From NCBI GenBank assembly GCA_963991985.1, contig CAXDRX010000001.1, forward strand, positions 116,546 through 180,545: a stretch of DNA of 64,000 nucleotides. The letters run 5' to 3'. The notes under the pieces were generated by a model, which made no database searches, was not told the origin of the DNA, and saw only the letters and a list, made by a program, of their open reading frames with translations. Position 1 is the first letter of the stretch. Each line of letters begins with the position of its first letter. The DNA is from an uncultured bacterium (lineage in GTDB: Bacteria > Bacteroidota > Bacteroidia > NS11-12g > UBA9320). A program made the position numbers and the translations under genes. Below, piece by piece: positions 8,793 through 17,943 of this stretch.

Positions 8793-11700
8793 CTACTTTT
8801 TGTTTTTTCTTTCTTCCCCCTCAATGTCAACAACCACTGGGGTTGCAATGCCTACAGAAGAATAGGTCCCTACCAAAATTCCAACCAAAAGGGCAAAAGT
8901 GAACCCTTTTAAACCTTCGCCACCAAATAAAAACAAAATCAGTACAACTAGTAGAGTAGTAAATGAAGTCACTACTGTTCTACTCAATGTTGCATTGATG
9001 GAATTATTGATTACCACAGCAGTTTGCTTTTCATGTTTGTGAAGACCTAAAAATTCTCTTACTCTATCAAACACAACCACTGTATCATTGATTGAATACC
9101 CTACAACAGTAAGAATGGCTGCAATGAAGGCTTGATCAATGTCCAATGGAAACGGCACAATACCTTTTAGTAATGAATATATTGAGAAAACGATAAGAAT
9201 ATCGTGAAAAAGCGCAGCAGTTGCACCCAGCCCAAAACCTACCTTTCTGAACCTCAAAACAATGTAAACAAACATCCCAACCAACGATAAAATGATGGCT
9301 GTAGTGCTTGCATTTCTTGTATCATTTGCTATAGTTGGACCTACTTTACTTTCTGACAATATACTTTCATTTGTACCCTTAAATTTGGACAAAGCCTTTA
9401 CAACGGTTGCTTTCACTTCATCAGAAAGTGTTTCGCCCTTGTCGTTAATTCTGTAGGCCGTAGTTATTTTAAACTGATTGTTGGTGCCGTATGTCTTAAC
9501 TTCTGTATTGTCGGGAATTACTTTGCCAATTTCAGATTTAATTTCTGCAGTTGACACTATTTCGTCTAATTGAACAATATAACTCCAGCCGCCCTTAAAA
9601 TCAACTCCAGAGGAGAGCCCTTTGGTAAATAAAGATATCAGTCCTGCCAAAATGATAAGAGAAGAAACGATGTAAAATACTTTTCGTGACTTTATAAATT
9701 GAAAATTTGGTTTTGTGAATAATTTTTTCGAAAGAGGAGTGTCAAATTTTATGTTTCCTCTTCTATTAAAATGCCATTCTATCAAGAGCCTTGTCACCAA
9801 CATAGAAGTAAATAAGGAACAACAAATACCTATGCCTAAGATAATGGCAAAGCCAAAAACGGGACCCTTACCAAAAACACCCAAAATAATGGCTACAATA
9901 ATGGTTGTGATATTTGCATCTAATATGCTCGACTGGGCTTCCTTATAACCAGCTTTAATGGCGGCTTTGATTGTCTTACCTCCAAAAATTTCTTCTTTTA
10001 TTCTTTCGAAAATAAGCACATTGGCATCCACGGCCATCCCTATAGTCAAAACCAAACCCGCCATTCCTGGTAGGGTGAGGGCGGCGCCATAACCCGCCAA
10101 TACTGCTATAATCAGCAATAGATTTAACAACAAAGCCAAAACAGAAAATACACCCGCTGTATTGTAATAAATAATCATAAAGAAAATGACCAGGATGAAT
10201 CCAATCAACAATGATGAAATACCTGCCGCTATAGCACTTCTACCTAAAGTAGGGCCCACAACCGTTTCTTCTACAATCTGGGCTTTTGCTGGCAATTTTC
10301 CTGTCTCAAGTATGTTGGCCAAATCCTGGGCTTCATTTTGTGTGAAATTACCACTAATTTCTGACCTTCCATTTGGTATTTCACCCTGCACTACTGGGGC
10401 TGAATAAACTTGCCCATCCAATACAATAGCAATGCACTCTTTTGGTGTCTTTCTGGAAGCATTGGAGGTAATTATTTTCCATTCGTTCGCTCCATCTCTA
10501 TTCATGCTCATGGAGACACCCACCTCCCCATTGGGATTTGTACTTGGCCTTGCACTTTGAACCACATCTCCACTCAGAGCGGGTTGATTGCTTCTACTAC
10601 CCTTTAGTGCATACAAATAAAAAAACTCAAGGCCATTGTCTGTCAATTCAGGTTTAAAACTCCATGCAAAGCGTACATTATTTGGGATTTGGTCCTGAAC
10701 ATCCACTCGGTCAAGCATCAATTCCACCTTTTCCTTGTCTTTTGCTTGCACACTGCCGATGATGGCAGATGGCGCCCACTGTGCACCATTCTCCCCTTGA
10801 AAAATATATGGTGAAATTTTTCCAGTAAGTGGATTTTTACGTGCAAATTCCTCTGCAGTCATTTGTGTTTTTGAACTGTCTTCCTGGGGGTTTGAAGTGT
10901 CGCCTTCCAGAATATCCTTAGGATCGACTACTGAGTCCTCTTCCTGATTTACCCCGAGTGATTCTAAAAGTTCATCCCCTGTATTGACCCCTTGGTTTTG
11001 TACATTTTTTTCCTCAGAAATTTTATTTTCCAGACCATCAATATTGATGATTTTTTTGTTGACTGCTTCTAAGATTTTGTAAGCTTCATAATTTTGATAG
11101 GTATACCAAAACTCTAGCTCAGCTGAACTTTGCAAAATGTTTCTTACCCTTTGAGGATTGTCTACACCCGGAAGTTCAACCAAAATCCTACCGCCATCAA
11201 GTTGTTGAACATTTGGTTGAGTAACACCAAACTTATCAATTCTAGCAGATAGTACGTTGTAGGTATTGTCTACCTTGTCAGACATCACTTTTCTCAGATA
11301 AGCAACCACTTCTTCGTTGCTTGACGTGCTCTTGATAAGTTCTTTGTTTTGTAATGTGGCAAATATGGGGGCCAACTTGCCAGAAGGGGATATTGTTTTG
11401 AATTTTTCGAAAAACAAGGCAATAAAATCTCCCGAACCTTGATATTCGCCTTCTGCCTGTTCCAAAGCAGTTGTGAAATCCATGGCAAGCTTTGATGTAC
11501 CCTGATTTCCTGCCAAAGCCTTTATGATATCTGGAGCTGAAACTTCAAGCGTAACATTCATCCCTCCCTGCAAATCAAGTCCAAGATTTAAGGCCCGCTG
11601 TTTTACTTGGGCATAATTGAATTTAAAAATACCCAAATTATAAGCAACCTCTCCTCTTATGCTGTCTATATAACTGCTGTAACTTTTCCCCATTTTGCTT

Positions 11701-11816
11701 GTCGTTTCCTTGGCTTTTGACTCAAGGGATCGAGCTTTCCAAGTGAAAGAAAGCTGATACAAGGAAAACACAATTAAAGAAAGGGTAACCGTGATGACAA
11801 AACCTTTATTTTTCAT
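8793..11816 (-). CDS. secDF: Protein translocase fused SecD/SecF
   Basis: LGLDLQGG, GMAVDANVLIFERIKEE, GVDFKGG, GYSINDTVVVFDRVRE. Confidence 0.97.
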   Translation of the reverse strand: MKNKGFVITVTLSLIVFSLYQLSFTWKARSLESKAKETTSKMGKSYSSYIDSIRGEVAYNLGIFKFNYAQVKQRALNLGLDLQGGMNVTLEVSAPDIIKALAGNQGTSKLAMDFTTALEQAEGEYQGSGDFIALFFEKFKTISPSGKLAPIFATLQNKELIKSTSSNEEVVAYLRKVMSDKVDNTYNVLSARIDKFGVTQPNVQQLDGGRILVELPGVDNPQRVRNILQSSAELEFWYTYQNYEAYKILEAVNKKIINIDGLENKISEEKNVQNQGVNTGDELLESLGVNQEEDSVVDPKDILEGDTSNPQEDSSKTQMTAEEFARKNPLTGKISPYIFQGENGAQWAPSAIIGSVQAKDKEKVELMLDRVDVQDQIPNNVRFAWSFKPELTDNGLEFFYLYALKGSRSNQPALSGDVVQSARPSTNPNGEVGVSMSMNRDGANEWKIITSNASRKTPKECIAIVLDGQVYSAPVVQGEIPNGRSEISGNFTQNEAQDLANILETGKLPAKAQIVEETVVGPTLGRSAIAAGISSLLIGFILVIFFMIIYYNTAGVFSVLALLLNLLLIIAVLAGYGAALTLPGMAGLVLTIGMAVDANVLIFERIKEEIFGGKTIKAAIKAGYKEAQSSILDANITTIIVAIILGVFGKGPVFGFAIILGIGICCSLFTSMLVTRLLIEWHFNRRGNIKFDTPLSKKLFTKPNFQFIKSRKVFYIVSSLIILAGLISLFTKGLSSGVDFKGGWSYIVQLDEIVSTAEIKSEIGKVIPDNTEVKTYGTNNQFKITTAYRINDKGETLSDEVKATVVKALSKFKGTNESILSESKVGPTIANDTRNASTTAIILSLVGMFVYIVLRFRKVGFGLGATAALFHDILIVFSIYSLLKGIVPFPLDIDQAFIAAILTVVGYSINDTVVVFDRVREFLGLHKHEKQTAVVINNSINATLSRTVVTSFTTLLVVLILFLFGGEGLKGFTFALLVGILVGTYSSVGIATPVVVDIEGEERKNKK

Positions 11817-11849
11817 TAAAATTATTGCTTATTTTACTGACGAAGTCTG

Positions 11850-11857
11850 CAAAAATA
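11850..11857 (-). promoter_or_regulatory. -7 promoter element TATTTTTG upstream of secDF
   Basis: Exact TAnnTTTG followed by CA, 33 nt upstream of ATG 11816. Confidence 0.65.
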
Positions 11858-11884
11858 AGAGTTTTACAGAAGTACACGAATCAA

Positions 11885-12505
11885 TCACCGGTATATTCCT
11901 CTCTGCGTAAGAAAATCAATGAGCATTTGCGCACTTTTTCTTTTTGAATCCTTGTTCTGTAAAATAAAATCTGCTTGTTTTTTTTGGGGCAATAAATATT
12001 TTTCAGTTGTGGGTAAAACATGATGAGTCCACTGATAATTGATTTGCTCCAAACTCTGTCCTCTTTGTGTTTGGTCCCTTCTCTGTCTCCGTACTAAATT
12101 CAATTCATTAGAGGAGTCTATATAAATTCTACAATCCAGAAATTTATCAATAGGGAAAGGATCAAAAAGAAATAGACCTTCCAGAAACAAGATTTTTGTA
12201 GAATAGAATGTAAAAATCCTATTTTTTGCATTTGGATTGTTGTAGTTGTAGGCGGGTTTTGTAAGTTTTTCTCCTGAGCATAATTTTTGGACATCTGAAA
12301 CAAATCTATTGTGGTCAATACCCTTCGGAAGATCAAAATTTATTTTTCCTTGTTCGTCCATTGCTTGTTCCTCCGCAGGCCTATAGTATAAATCCTGGGA
12401 CAACACTTCCACCTGGGAAAAACCCATCAGTTTTTTTACTTCTTTTAAAATTGAGCTTTTCCCTGAACCACTTGGCCCAGTAATTCCGATGATCGTTGGA
12501 TTCAT
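11885..12505 (-). CDS. udk: Uridine kinase family protein
   Basis: GITGPSGSGKS P-loop, SQDLYY, NFDLP, LEGLF; start overlaps the hutI stop (TAATG). Confidence 0.8.
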   Translation of the reverse strand: MNPTIIGITGPSGSGKSSILKEVKKLMGFSQVEVLSQDLYYRPAEEQAMDEQGKINFDLPKGIDHNRFVSDVQKLCSGEKLTKPAYNYNNPNAKNRIFTFYSTKILFLEGLFLFDPFPIDKFLDCRIYIDSSNELNLVRRQRRDQTQRGQSLEQINYQWTHHVLPTTEKYLLPQKKQADFILQNKDSKRKSAQMLIDFLTQRGIYR

Positions 12506-13713
12506 TAAATATGTTGTATTTCTATTTCTCCCATTTGGTAGGGAATTTCTGATAACCTCTCCACATTTGGGACTGCAATAAGTTTGGCTTTTTTCCCTTT
12601 TTCTATACTCCCTATTTGCTTTTGAAGTCCAATGGCCTTAGCAGCATTAATCGTTAAAGCATTGAAAGCTTCTTCCGGAGTCATTTTCATTTTCAAACAG
12701 GCTAGACTCCATATAAAAAATGGGTTAAAAACATGAGAAGACCCAGGATTAAAATCACTTGCCAAAGCAATTGGAAGACCTGCACTGATTAATTTTCTTG
12801 CTGGTGCGTATGGAATAGAAATAAAAAAAGAACAGGCAGGAAGCAAAACAGGCATTGTATCGTGATCCCTTAACAGTTCTATATCTTCTTCCGTCAAAAC
12901 CTCCAAATGATCAACACTTATAGCACCATAATCTAGTGCAAGTTCTAAACTCCCAAACGAGTTAAATTGATTTACATGTGCTTTGATTCCAAGATTACTT
13001 TCTTGGCCTGCTTGAAAAATTCTTTCAGTTTCTTCAAGGTTAAAATAATTGGGTTCGCAAAATACGTCAATAAAATCTGCCAAATTTTCTTCCACAATTT
13101 GAGGAAGCATTTCTTTGACAATTGAATCTATATAATAACTATGATTGTTCTTATATTTCTTCGGAAATGCATGGGCGCCCAAAAATGTAGATTTCACGAT
13201 AAGATTGGACTCCTTGGAAATACGTCGAATGACCCGAAGCATTTTGATTTCGTCATTTACTGTTAGTCCATAACCACTTTTTATTTCAATTGTCCCCAAT
13301 CCTTTATCTTCTATTTTATTAATTCTTTCCAAAGACATTTCAAACAATGCTTCTTCCGAAGTTTTTTGCAAATGGTGCGAAGAATGTAAAATTCCACCCC
13401 CATTTTTTGCAATTTCTTGATAACTCATACCCGCATTTCGTTGAACAAATTCTAAGTCTCTTGTTTTTGAAAAAACAGCATGGGTATGACAATCCACAAG
13501 AGCGGGAAGTACCATATGACTTATTTGAATTTCTTGAATTTTATCATCCTTTACATACTCCTGCATCGGACCAAAATTCTCAATCACATCGTTCTCAACG
13601 ATAATGTAAGCATTATCAATGCAATTTACCTTGCCCATGTCTTCTCCCCTTTTCTCCAATTCTCCAGCAGTAATTCCTACTAGCTTGCTTATGTTTGTCA
13701 ATGCTATTTTCAT
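12505..13713 (-). CDS. hutI: Imidazolonepropionase
   Basis: DCHTH, EIKSGYGL, HVNQF, DHLE, ALASDFNPGS. Confidence 0.95.
   Translation of the reverse strand: MKIALTNISKLVGITAGELEKRGEDMGKVNCIDNAYIIVENDVIENFGPMQEYVKDDKIQEIQISHMVLPALVDCHTHAVFSKTRDLEFVQRNAGMSYQEIAKNGGGILHSSHHLQKTSEEALFEMSLERINKIEDKGLGTIEIKSGYGLTVNDEIKMLRVIRRISKESNLIVKSTFLGAHAFPKKYKNNHSYYIDSIVKEMLPQIVEENLADFIDVFCEPNYFNLEETERIFQAGQESNLGIKAHVNQFNSFGSLELALDYGAISVDHLEVLTEEDIELLRDHDTMPVLLPACSFFISIPYAPARKLISAGLPIALASDFNPGSSHVFNPFFIWSLACLKMKMTPEEAFNALTINAAKAIGLQKQIGSIEKGKKAKLIAVPNVERLSEIPYQMGEIEIQHI
13690..13697 (+). promoter_or_regulatory. -7 element TATGTTTG lying inside (antisense to) the hutI coding region
   Basis: Exact TAnnTTTG 14 nt upstream of ATG 13712. 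Confidence 0.5.
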
Positions 13714-14233
13714 GGATTATCAAGCAATTTTACGCAAAGCAATCAAAAAAGGCACAAATGTTTTTCTTGCTCCGAATGCAACGGTCATTGGTAATGTGTC
13801 GATTGGGGATGAAAGTTCTATTTGGTTTGGAGCTGTTCTTCGAGGAGACAGTGATAAAATTATCATAGGCAAGAAAAGTAATATCCAGGACAATTCTATT
13901 GTTCATTGCGACCCTGGATTCCCAGTAATTATTGGCGATGGAGTAGTTGTAGGTCATGGTTCTATAGTTCATGGTGCTAAAATTGCCAACAACTGCTTGA
14001 TAGGAATGGGTGCAACATTGCTCAATGGAGTTGAAATTGGTGAAAACTCAATAATCGGGGCAAATACATTGGTTACAGGGAATACAATTATTCCTCCAAA
14101 CTCACTTGTACTAGGAAGCCCAGGAAAAGTGGTTAAGGCCATTGTCCCACAACAAATTGAAAATATAAAGGAAAACGCGAAAGTTTATGTTGAAAAAGGG
14201 AAGCAATTTTTGGCTTTCTTCGATCAACATTAA
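13712..14233 (+). CDS. Gamma-class carbonic anhydrase family protein
   Basis: Hexapeptide repeats, IWFGAVLRGD, NIQDNSIVH, VGH/VHG zinc His ligands. Start set at ATG 13712 rather than 13619. Confidence 0.9.
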   Translation: MDYQAILRKAIKKGTNVFLAPNATVIGNVSIGDESSIWFGAVLRGDSDKIIIGKKSNIQDNSIVHCDPGFPVIIGDGVVVGHGSIVHGAKIANNCLIGMGATLLNGVEIGENSIIGANTLVTGNTIIPPNSLVLGSPGKVVKAIVPQQIENIKENAKVYVEKGKQFLAFFDQH

Positions 14234-14320
14234 AGCAATTTATTGTTCATTAATTTTTATTTTTTCGTTTTTAATTGTATTAGAACATAACTTTCTTTGT
14301 AGGAGCATATATTTTTAAAA

Positions 14321-14950
14321 ATGGTACTAACCGGAAAAAAAGCACCTTCATTTTCTACTGGAGCAGTAATTAATGGAGAAGAACTAGTGGAGAATTTTTC
14401 ATTAGATCAGTATTTAGGTAAAAAGAATGTGGTATTATTTTTTTATCCAAAAGATTTCACATTTGTATGTCCTACGGAGCTACACGCTTTTCAAGAAAAA
14501 TTAGATGAATTTAGAAATAGAGACACAGAAGTGGTTGCCTGCAGCTGTGACTCACAAGAAAGTCATTGGGGCTGGTTACAAGTGAGTAAAGACAATGGTG
14601 GTATAAAAGGGATAAACTATCCAATTATTGCTGATTTTGAAAAAACCGTTTCTACCAATTTCGGAGTTTTACACGGTGAGTACGAGTATGATGAGGAAGG
14701 CAACTTAACTACCACAGGTCCAATGAAACCCTTGAGAGGATTATTCTTAATTGACAAGGATGGATTGGTTCAGCACCAAGTAGTTAATATGTACGCTTTA
14801 GGAAGAAGTGTGGATGAGGCATTGAGAATGGTTGATGCTTTGGCTCATTTTGAAGAAAAAGGTGAAGTATGTCCAGCCAACTGGGAAAAAGGGAAAGATG
14901 CTCTACACGAAACTTTTGAAGGTGTGGCAGATTACCTATCCAAACATTAA
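14321..14950 (+). CDS. ahpC: Typical 2-Cys peroxiredoxin (AhpC/Prx1)
   Basis: YPKDFTFVCPTE, GRSVDEALR, EVCPANW. Confidence 0.93.
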   Translation: MVLTGKKAPSFSTGAVINGEELVENFSLDQYLGKKNVVLFFYPKDFTFVCPTELHAFQEKLDEFRNRDTEVVACSCDSQESHWGWLQVSKDNGGIKGINYPIIADFEKTVSTNFGVLHGEYEYDEEGNLTTTGPMKPLRGLFLIDKDGLVQHQVVNMYALGRSVDEALRMVDALAHFEEKGEVCPANWEKGKDALHETFEGVADYLSKH

Positions 14951-14960
14951 TTATTCCATG

Positions 14961-14990
14961 AAAAAGCACCCTTATTTTGGGTGTTTTTTT
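14961..14990. terminator. Probable bidirectional rho-independent terminator
   Basis: AAAAA-GCACCC-ttatttt-GGGTGT-TTTTTT between the convergent ahpC and cox-downstream genes. Confidence 0.75.
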
Positions 14991-15403
14991 TATTTACTCG
15001 AAGGATCGAATTTTCTGTAAGGTGCCGTGAGATAAATCAACAACATTCTCGAGAATCGAAAAATAATTGGTACAAGACTGACAATGACAATCATCATACA
15101 AAATGCCATTGAAAAGAAATACCGATCCAAACCAAAGTAAAAAAAGAACATCATTAGGGGAACACAAATAGCAACCACTAAGGCATAGCTAAAGTACATT
15201 GCTCCCCAAAAGTATCCTGGTTCTGGCTCAATTCTAACACCGCAAAAAGGACAAAAAGTGTGCATTTTTGTGAAACTTTTAAGATTGTAAGGACCACTTA
15301 AAAAAAAATCCCCCTCCCTGCACCTCGGACATTTACAAGCAAACATTGCTCCTAATAATGACCGTCCAGCTAGGCTCTTTTTTTTCTTTTGTTGTAAAAC
15401 CAT
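14990..15403 (-). CDS. DUF983-like protein (Cys-pair knuckle plus 2 TM helices); start uncertain
   Basis: CKCPRCREG...CPFCG...EPGYFWGAMYFSY, followed by two hydrophobic segments. Confidence 0.75.
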   Translation of the reverse strand: MVLQQKKKKSLAGRSLLGAMFACKCPRCREGDFFLSGPYNLKSFTKMHTFCPFCGVRIEPEPGYFWGAMYFSYALVVAICVPLMMFFFYFGLDRYFFSMAFCMMIVIVSLVPIIFRFSRMLLIYLTAPYRKFDPSSK

Positions 15404-15597
15404 GCACCTCCAACGATAGCAACTGCAATGTAAGGAGTTGCCAAAAGATATAAAATTCCATCGTTTAAACCTGCACCTTTGCTATGTCCTTTTCCATCTT
15501 TCCTCGCAGATTCTACTGCTGTTTTGCACATCGGACACTGCGCCTGCACCTGGCCTAAGGCGGCAAACAAAATGGTGAAAAGCAGAATTTTTCTCAT
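15370..15597 (-). CDS. Small secreted/membrane protein with CxxC (conserved hypothetical)
   Basis: Signal peptide ending AQA, then QCPMCK, GLNDGILYLLATPY, a TM helix and a basic tail. Confidence 0.75.
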   Translation of the reverse strand: MRKILLFTILFAALGQVQAQCPMCKTAVESARKDGKGHSKGAGLNDGILYLLATPYIAVAIVGGAWFYNKRKKRA

Positions 15598-15601
15598 GGA
15601 A

Positions 15602-15609
15602 CAAAGATA
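15602..15609 (-). promoter_or_regulatory. -7 promoter element TATCTTTG
   Basis: Exact TAnnTTTG 4 nt upstream of ATG 15597. Confidence 0.6.
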
Positions 15610-15631
15610 ATCAGGATCCTATTAATTTGGA

Positions 15632-16162
15632 CTAAAAAGAATAAAATGGCTCAATCATTAGGTAAACAATTACACCCGTAAAGGTAACGTATAACCATAT
15701 GGGGTAACTAAACCTTGTCATTCGCTTATGTTTCTCAAAATCATTATTTAATGCATAATAAAAAGACATCAGAACTAGAGGCAATACAATTGCAGCCAAA
15801 AGTATATGAGATACAAGGATTAAGTAGTAAAAGGTTCTCATTGCTCCTTGACCACCATAGGTTGTTTCGTCATATAACCAATGAAAAATAACATAACTCA
15901 CCAAAAAAAGAGCAGATAAAAAAAACACAGAAATATTGATTTTCTTGTGTTGCTCAATTTTTTTGGCTTTTATTTTACCCAAGCTTACCAAAAGAAGAAC
16001 GAAACATGACCCATTAATCATGGCATTTATAAAAGGCAAATGCCTTGTAAATAAAGGAATCCTTGATGGTCTGGGCAAAATATTCTCGTTGAGAACAACA
16101 ACTAAAGCCGCAACAACAATACTTACTCCTAGAACAACTCTAAAAATCTTTTTCTCGCTCAT
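15632..16162 (-). CDS. DUF420 membrane protein (cox-associated, CtaM-like)
   Basis: NAMING, FLVSYVIFH, ILVSHILLA, IWLYVTFTGVIVY. Confidence 0.88.
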   Translation of the reverse strand: MSEKKIFRVVLGVSIVVAALVVVLNENILPRPSRIPLFTRHLPFINAMINGSCFVLLLVSLGKIKAKKIEQHKKINISVFFLSALFLVSYVIFHWLYDETTYGGQGAMRTFYYLILVSHILLAAIVLPLVLMSFYYALNNDFEKHKRMTRFSYPIWLYVTFTGVIVYLMIEPFYSF

Positions 16163-16817
16163 TTTCTTCTAAATCTTTGTATTCTTTAAATAACATTTTG
16201 ATGTCTTCAACAACTTTTCGATATACATCATGAGTCCTGCTTTCGTAAATTCCTCTTATTCTTTTTTCTCGATCCACCAGAAAAAATTTTTCACTATGGA
16301 TAAAATCCACTGGATTGTCTCCAGATGTAGTTACTGCATGATAATCGTACTGAGCTAAGTCATATATTTCCGACTTCTTTCCTGTAACGAAATGCCATTT
16401 CTTCGTTTCAAATCCATAACGTTTTGAATAGTTCCGTAGTACCGCAACACTATCATGTTCTGGATGAACAGTATGGGAGATAAATTTCACTCCAGGGGTT
16501 TTTTCAAATTTTTCTACCAAATAACTTAAATTCCGATTCATTTCTGGACAAATGTCAGGGCATGATGCGAAAAAGAAATTTGCAATAAAGATTTGGTCTT
16601 CAAATGTTCTAAGATTTACACTGTCCCCCTCTTGATTAACAAATGAAAAATCTCCTATTTTGTATGGAATTGTATCCCCTGGTATTGTCTCTGTATCTCC
16701 AAGGATGGGCAAGTAATGATATACTACACGACTTTTGAATTTGTATATCACCACCCACAGGGTTGGAATTATCAAAAGGCAAATTAATGTTATAAATACT
16801 CCTATTTTTTTGGTCAT
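16140..16817 (-). CDS. SCO family copper chaperone
   Basis: FFFASCPDICP (CxxxC), HSEKF His ligand, N-terminal TM. Start 16817 overlaps the upstream TGA. Confidence 0.92.
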   Translation of the reverse strand: MTKKIGVFITLICLLIIPTLWVVIYKFKSRVVYHYLPILGDTETIPGDTIPYKIGDFSFVNQEGDSVNLRTFEDQIFIANFFFASCPDICPEMNRNLSYLVEKFEKTPGVKFISHTVHPEHDSVAVLRNYSKRYGFETKKWHFVTGKKSEIYDLAQYDYHAVTTSGDNPVDFIHSEKFFLVDREKRIRGIYESRTHDVYRKVVEDIKMLFKEYKDLEENEREKDF

Positions 16818-17176
16818 GCAGCAAACCAAGCATTTCCTTCCTGCAACATCCAAATGATGAAGAAAATAATAAAAAATACAGGTAAAATAATAGACATAAT
16901 AAGATCTACGCGCTCATGCTTTAGGTGCATAAATGTCCCCACAATATAATAGGCCTTAGCAATACCAAATACGATGAACAGAGATGCCTTTATGGGCATC
17001 GCCAAAATAGCCTCAGGGAAAAAGTATATAATGATATCGATGAGTGTAAGGCCAAGAAGAATCCAAAATTTCTGCCAAATATCCTTTGTGCCATGGCTTT
17101 CTGCTTTTGGAACCCAGGTTTCAGCTACAAAGTTTTTTTCTTCATGAATGTTTTCTGTTGTCATTTCTTGCTTCAT
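16814..17176 (-). CDS. ctaF: Cytochrome c oxidase subunit IV family protein
   Basis: KAYYIVGTFMHLKHE; three TM helices; position in the cox operon. Confidence 0.85.
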   Translation of the reverse strand: MKQEMTTENIHEEKNFVAETWVPKAESHGTKDIWQKFWILLGLTLIDIIIYFFPEAILAMPIKASLFIVFGIAKAYYIVGTFMHLKHERVDLIMSIILPVFFIIFFIIWMLQEGNAWFAA

Positions 17177-17177
17177 T

Positions 17178-17933
17178 TTAAATTAAATAGAAAAAGGTAA
17201 ATACAAATACCCATACCAAATCGACAAAGTGCCAATATAAACCTACTTTTTCTACCATCTCATAGTGACCTCTTTTGTCAAAGTCCGACCGAACGTTCAT
17301 AATATATACAATGATGTTGAGGACAACGCCACTAAATACATGAAATCCATGAAATCCGGTTACCACAAAGAAAAATGCGGCAAAATCTGGAACACCGAAT
17401 GGATTGCTCGTTAGGCTTGCCCCTTCCGTAATAAACTGGGTCCACTCCCATGCTTGACAACCAAGAAATGCAAAACCACCTAGAATGGTCATGATCATAT
17501 ATTTTGAAACCTCCTTGCGTTGCATTCTTTGTCCTGCCTCCACAGCCAAAACCATGGTAACCGAACTAAAAATGAGGATAAAAGTCATGATAGATACGAA
17601 AATTAGTGGCAAATGTATTCCATGAGCAAAAGGCAAATGATTGAAAACCAAATCGGGTGCAGGCCATGTATTCTGTGTAAAATATCCCTCATGCTGCATG
17701 GTTTCTATAAAATGTCCAAATTTATGATGCAAATCTGTCCCAAAAGGTATCTTTAAGATAGGGGCGGCAACAGAACTAAATCTAAGCGCTCCATATGCTA
17801 TCAGAAGTCCCGAAAAGGTAAAGGCATCCGAGAGGAGAAATATCCACATCATTAGCTTTCCCCAACTTACTCTAAATGGAGAGTTTCCCCCACCCCATTT
17901 TTCTAATTTAGATGGTGTTACTGCTTGGGCCAT
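17178..17933 (-). CDS. ctaE: Cytochrome c oxidase subunit III (second, CoxP-type)
   Basis: WGKLMMWIFLLSDAFTF, TGFHGFHV, GLYWHFVDLVWVFVFTFFYL. Confidence 0.92.
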   Translation of the reverse strand: MAQAVTPSKLEKWGGGNSPFRVSWGKLMMWIFLLSDAFTFSGLLIAYGALRFSSVAAPILKIPFGTDLHHKFGHFIETMQHEGYFTQNTWPAPDLVFNHLPFAHGIHLPLIFVSIMTFILIFSSVTMVLAVEAGQRMQRKEVSKYMIMTILGGFAFLGCQAWEWTQFITEGASLTSNPFGVPDFAAFFFVVTGFHGFHVFSGVVLNIIVYIMNVRSDFDKRGHYEMVEKVGLYWHFVDLVWVFVFTFFYLI

Positions 17934-17943
17934 GATTTAAGGT

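Noticed and set aside
10860-11040. Acidic low-complexity insertion in the SecDF periplasmic domain
   Set aside because: Variable acidic linkers at this position are common in Bacteroidota SecDF.
14234-14320. Possible OxyR site upstream of ahpC; possible FNR boxes upstream of cox and act
   Set aside because: No ATAG-N7-CTAT repeat or TTGAT-N4-ATCAA match could be identified by eye.
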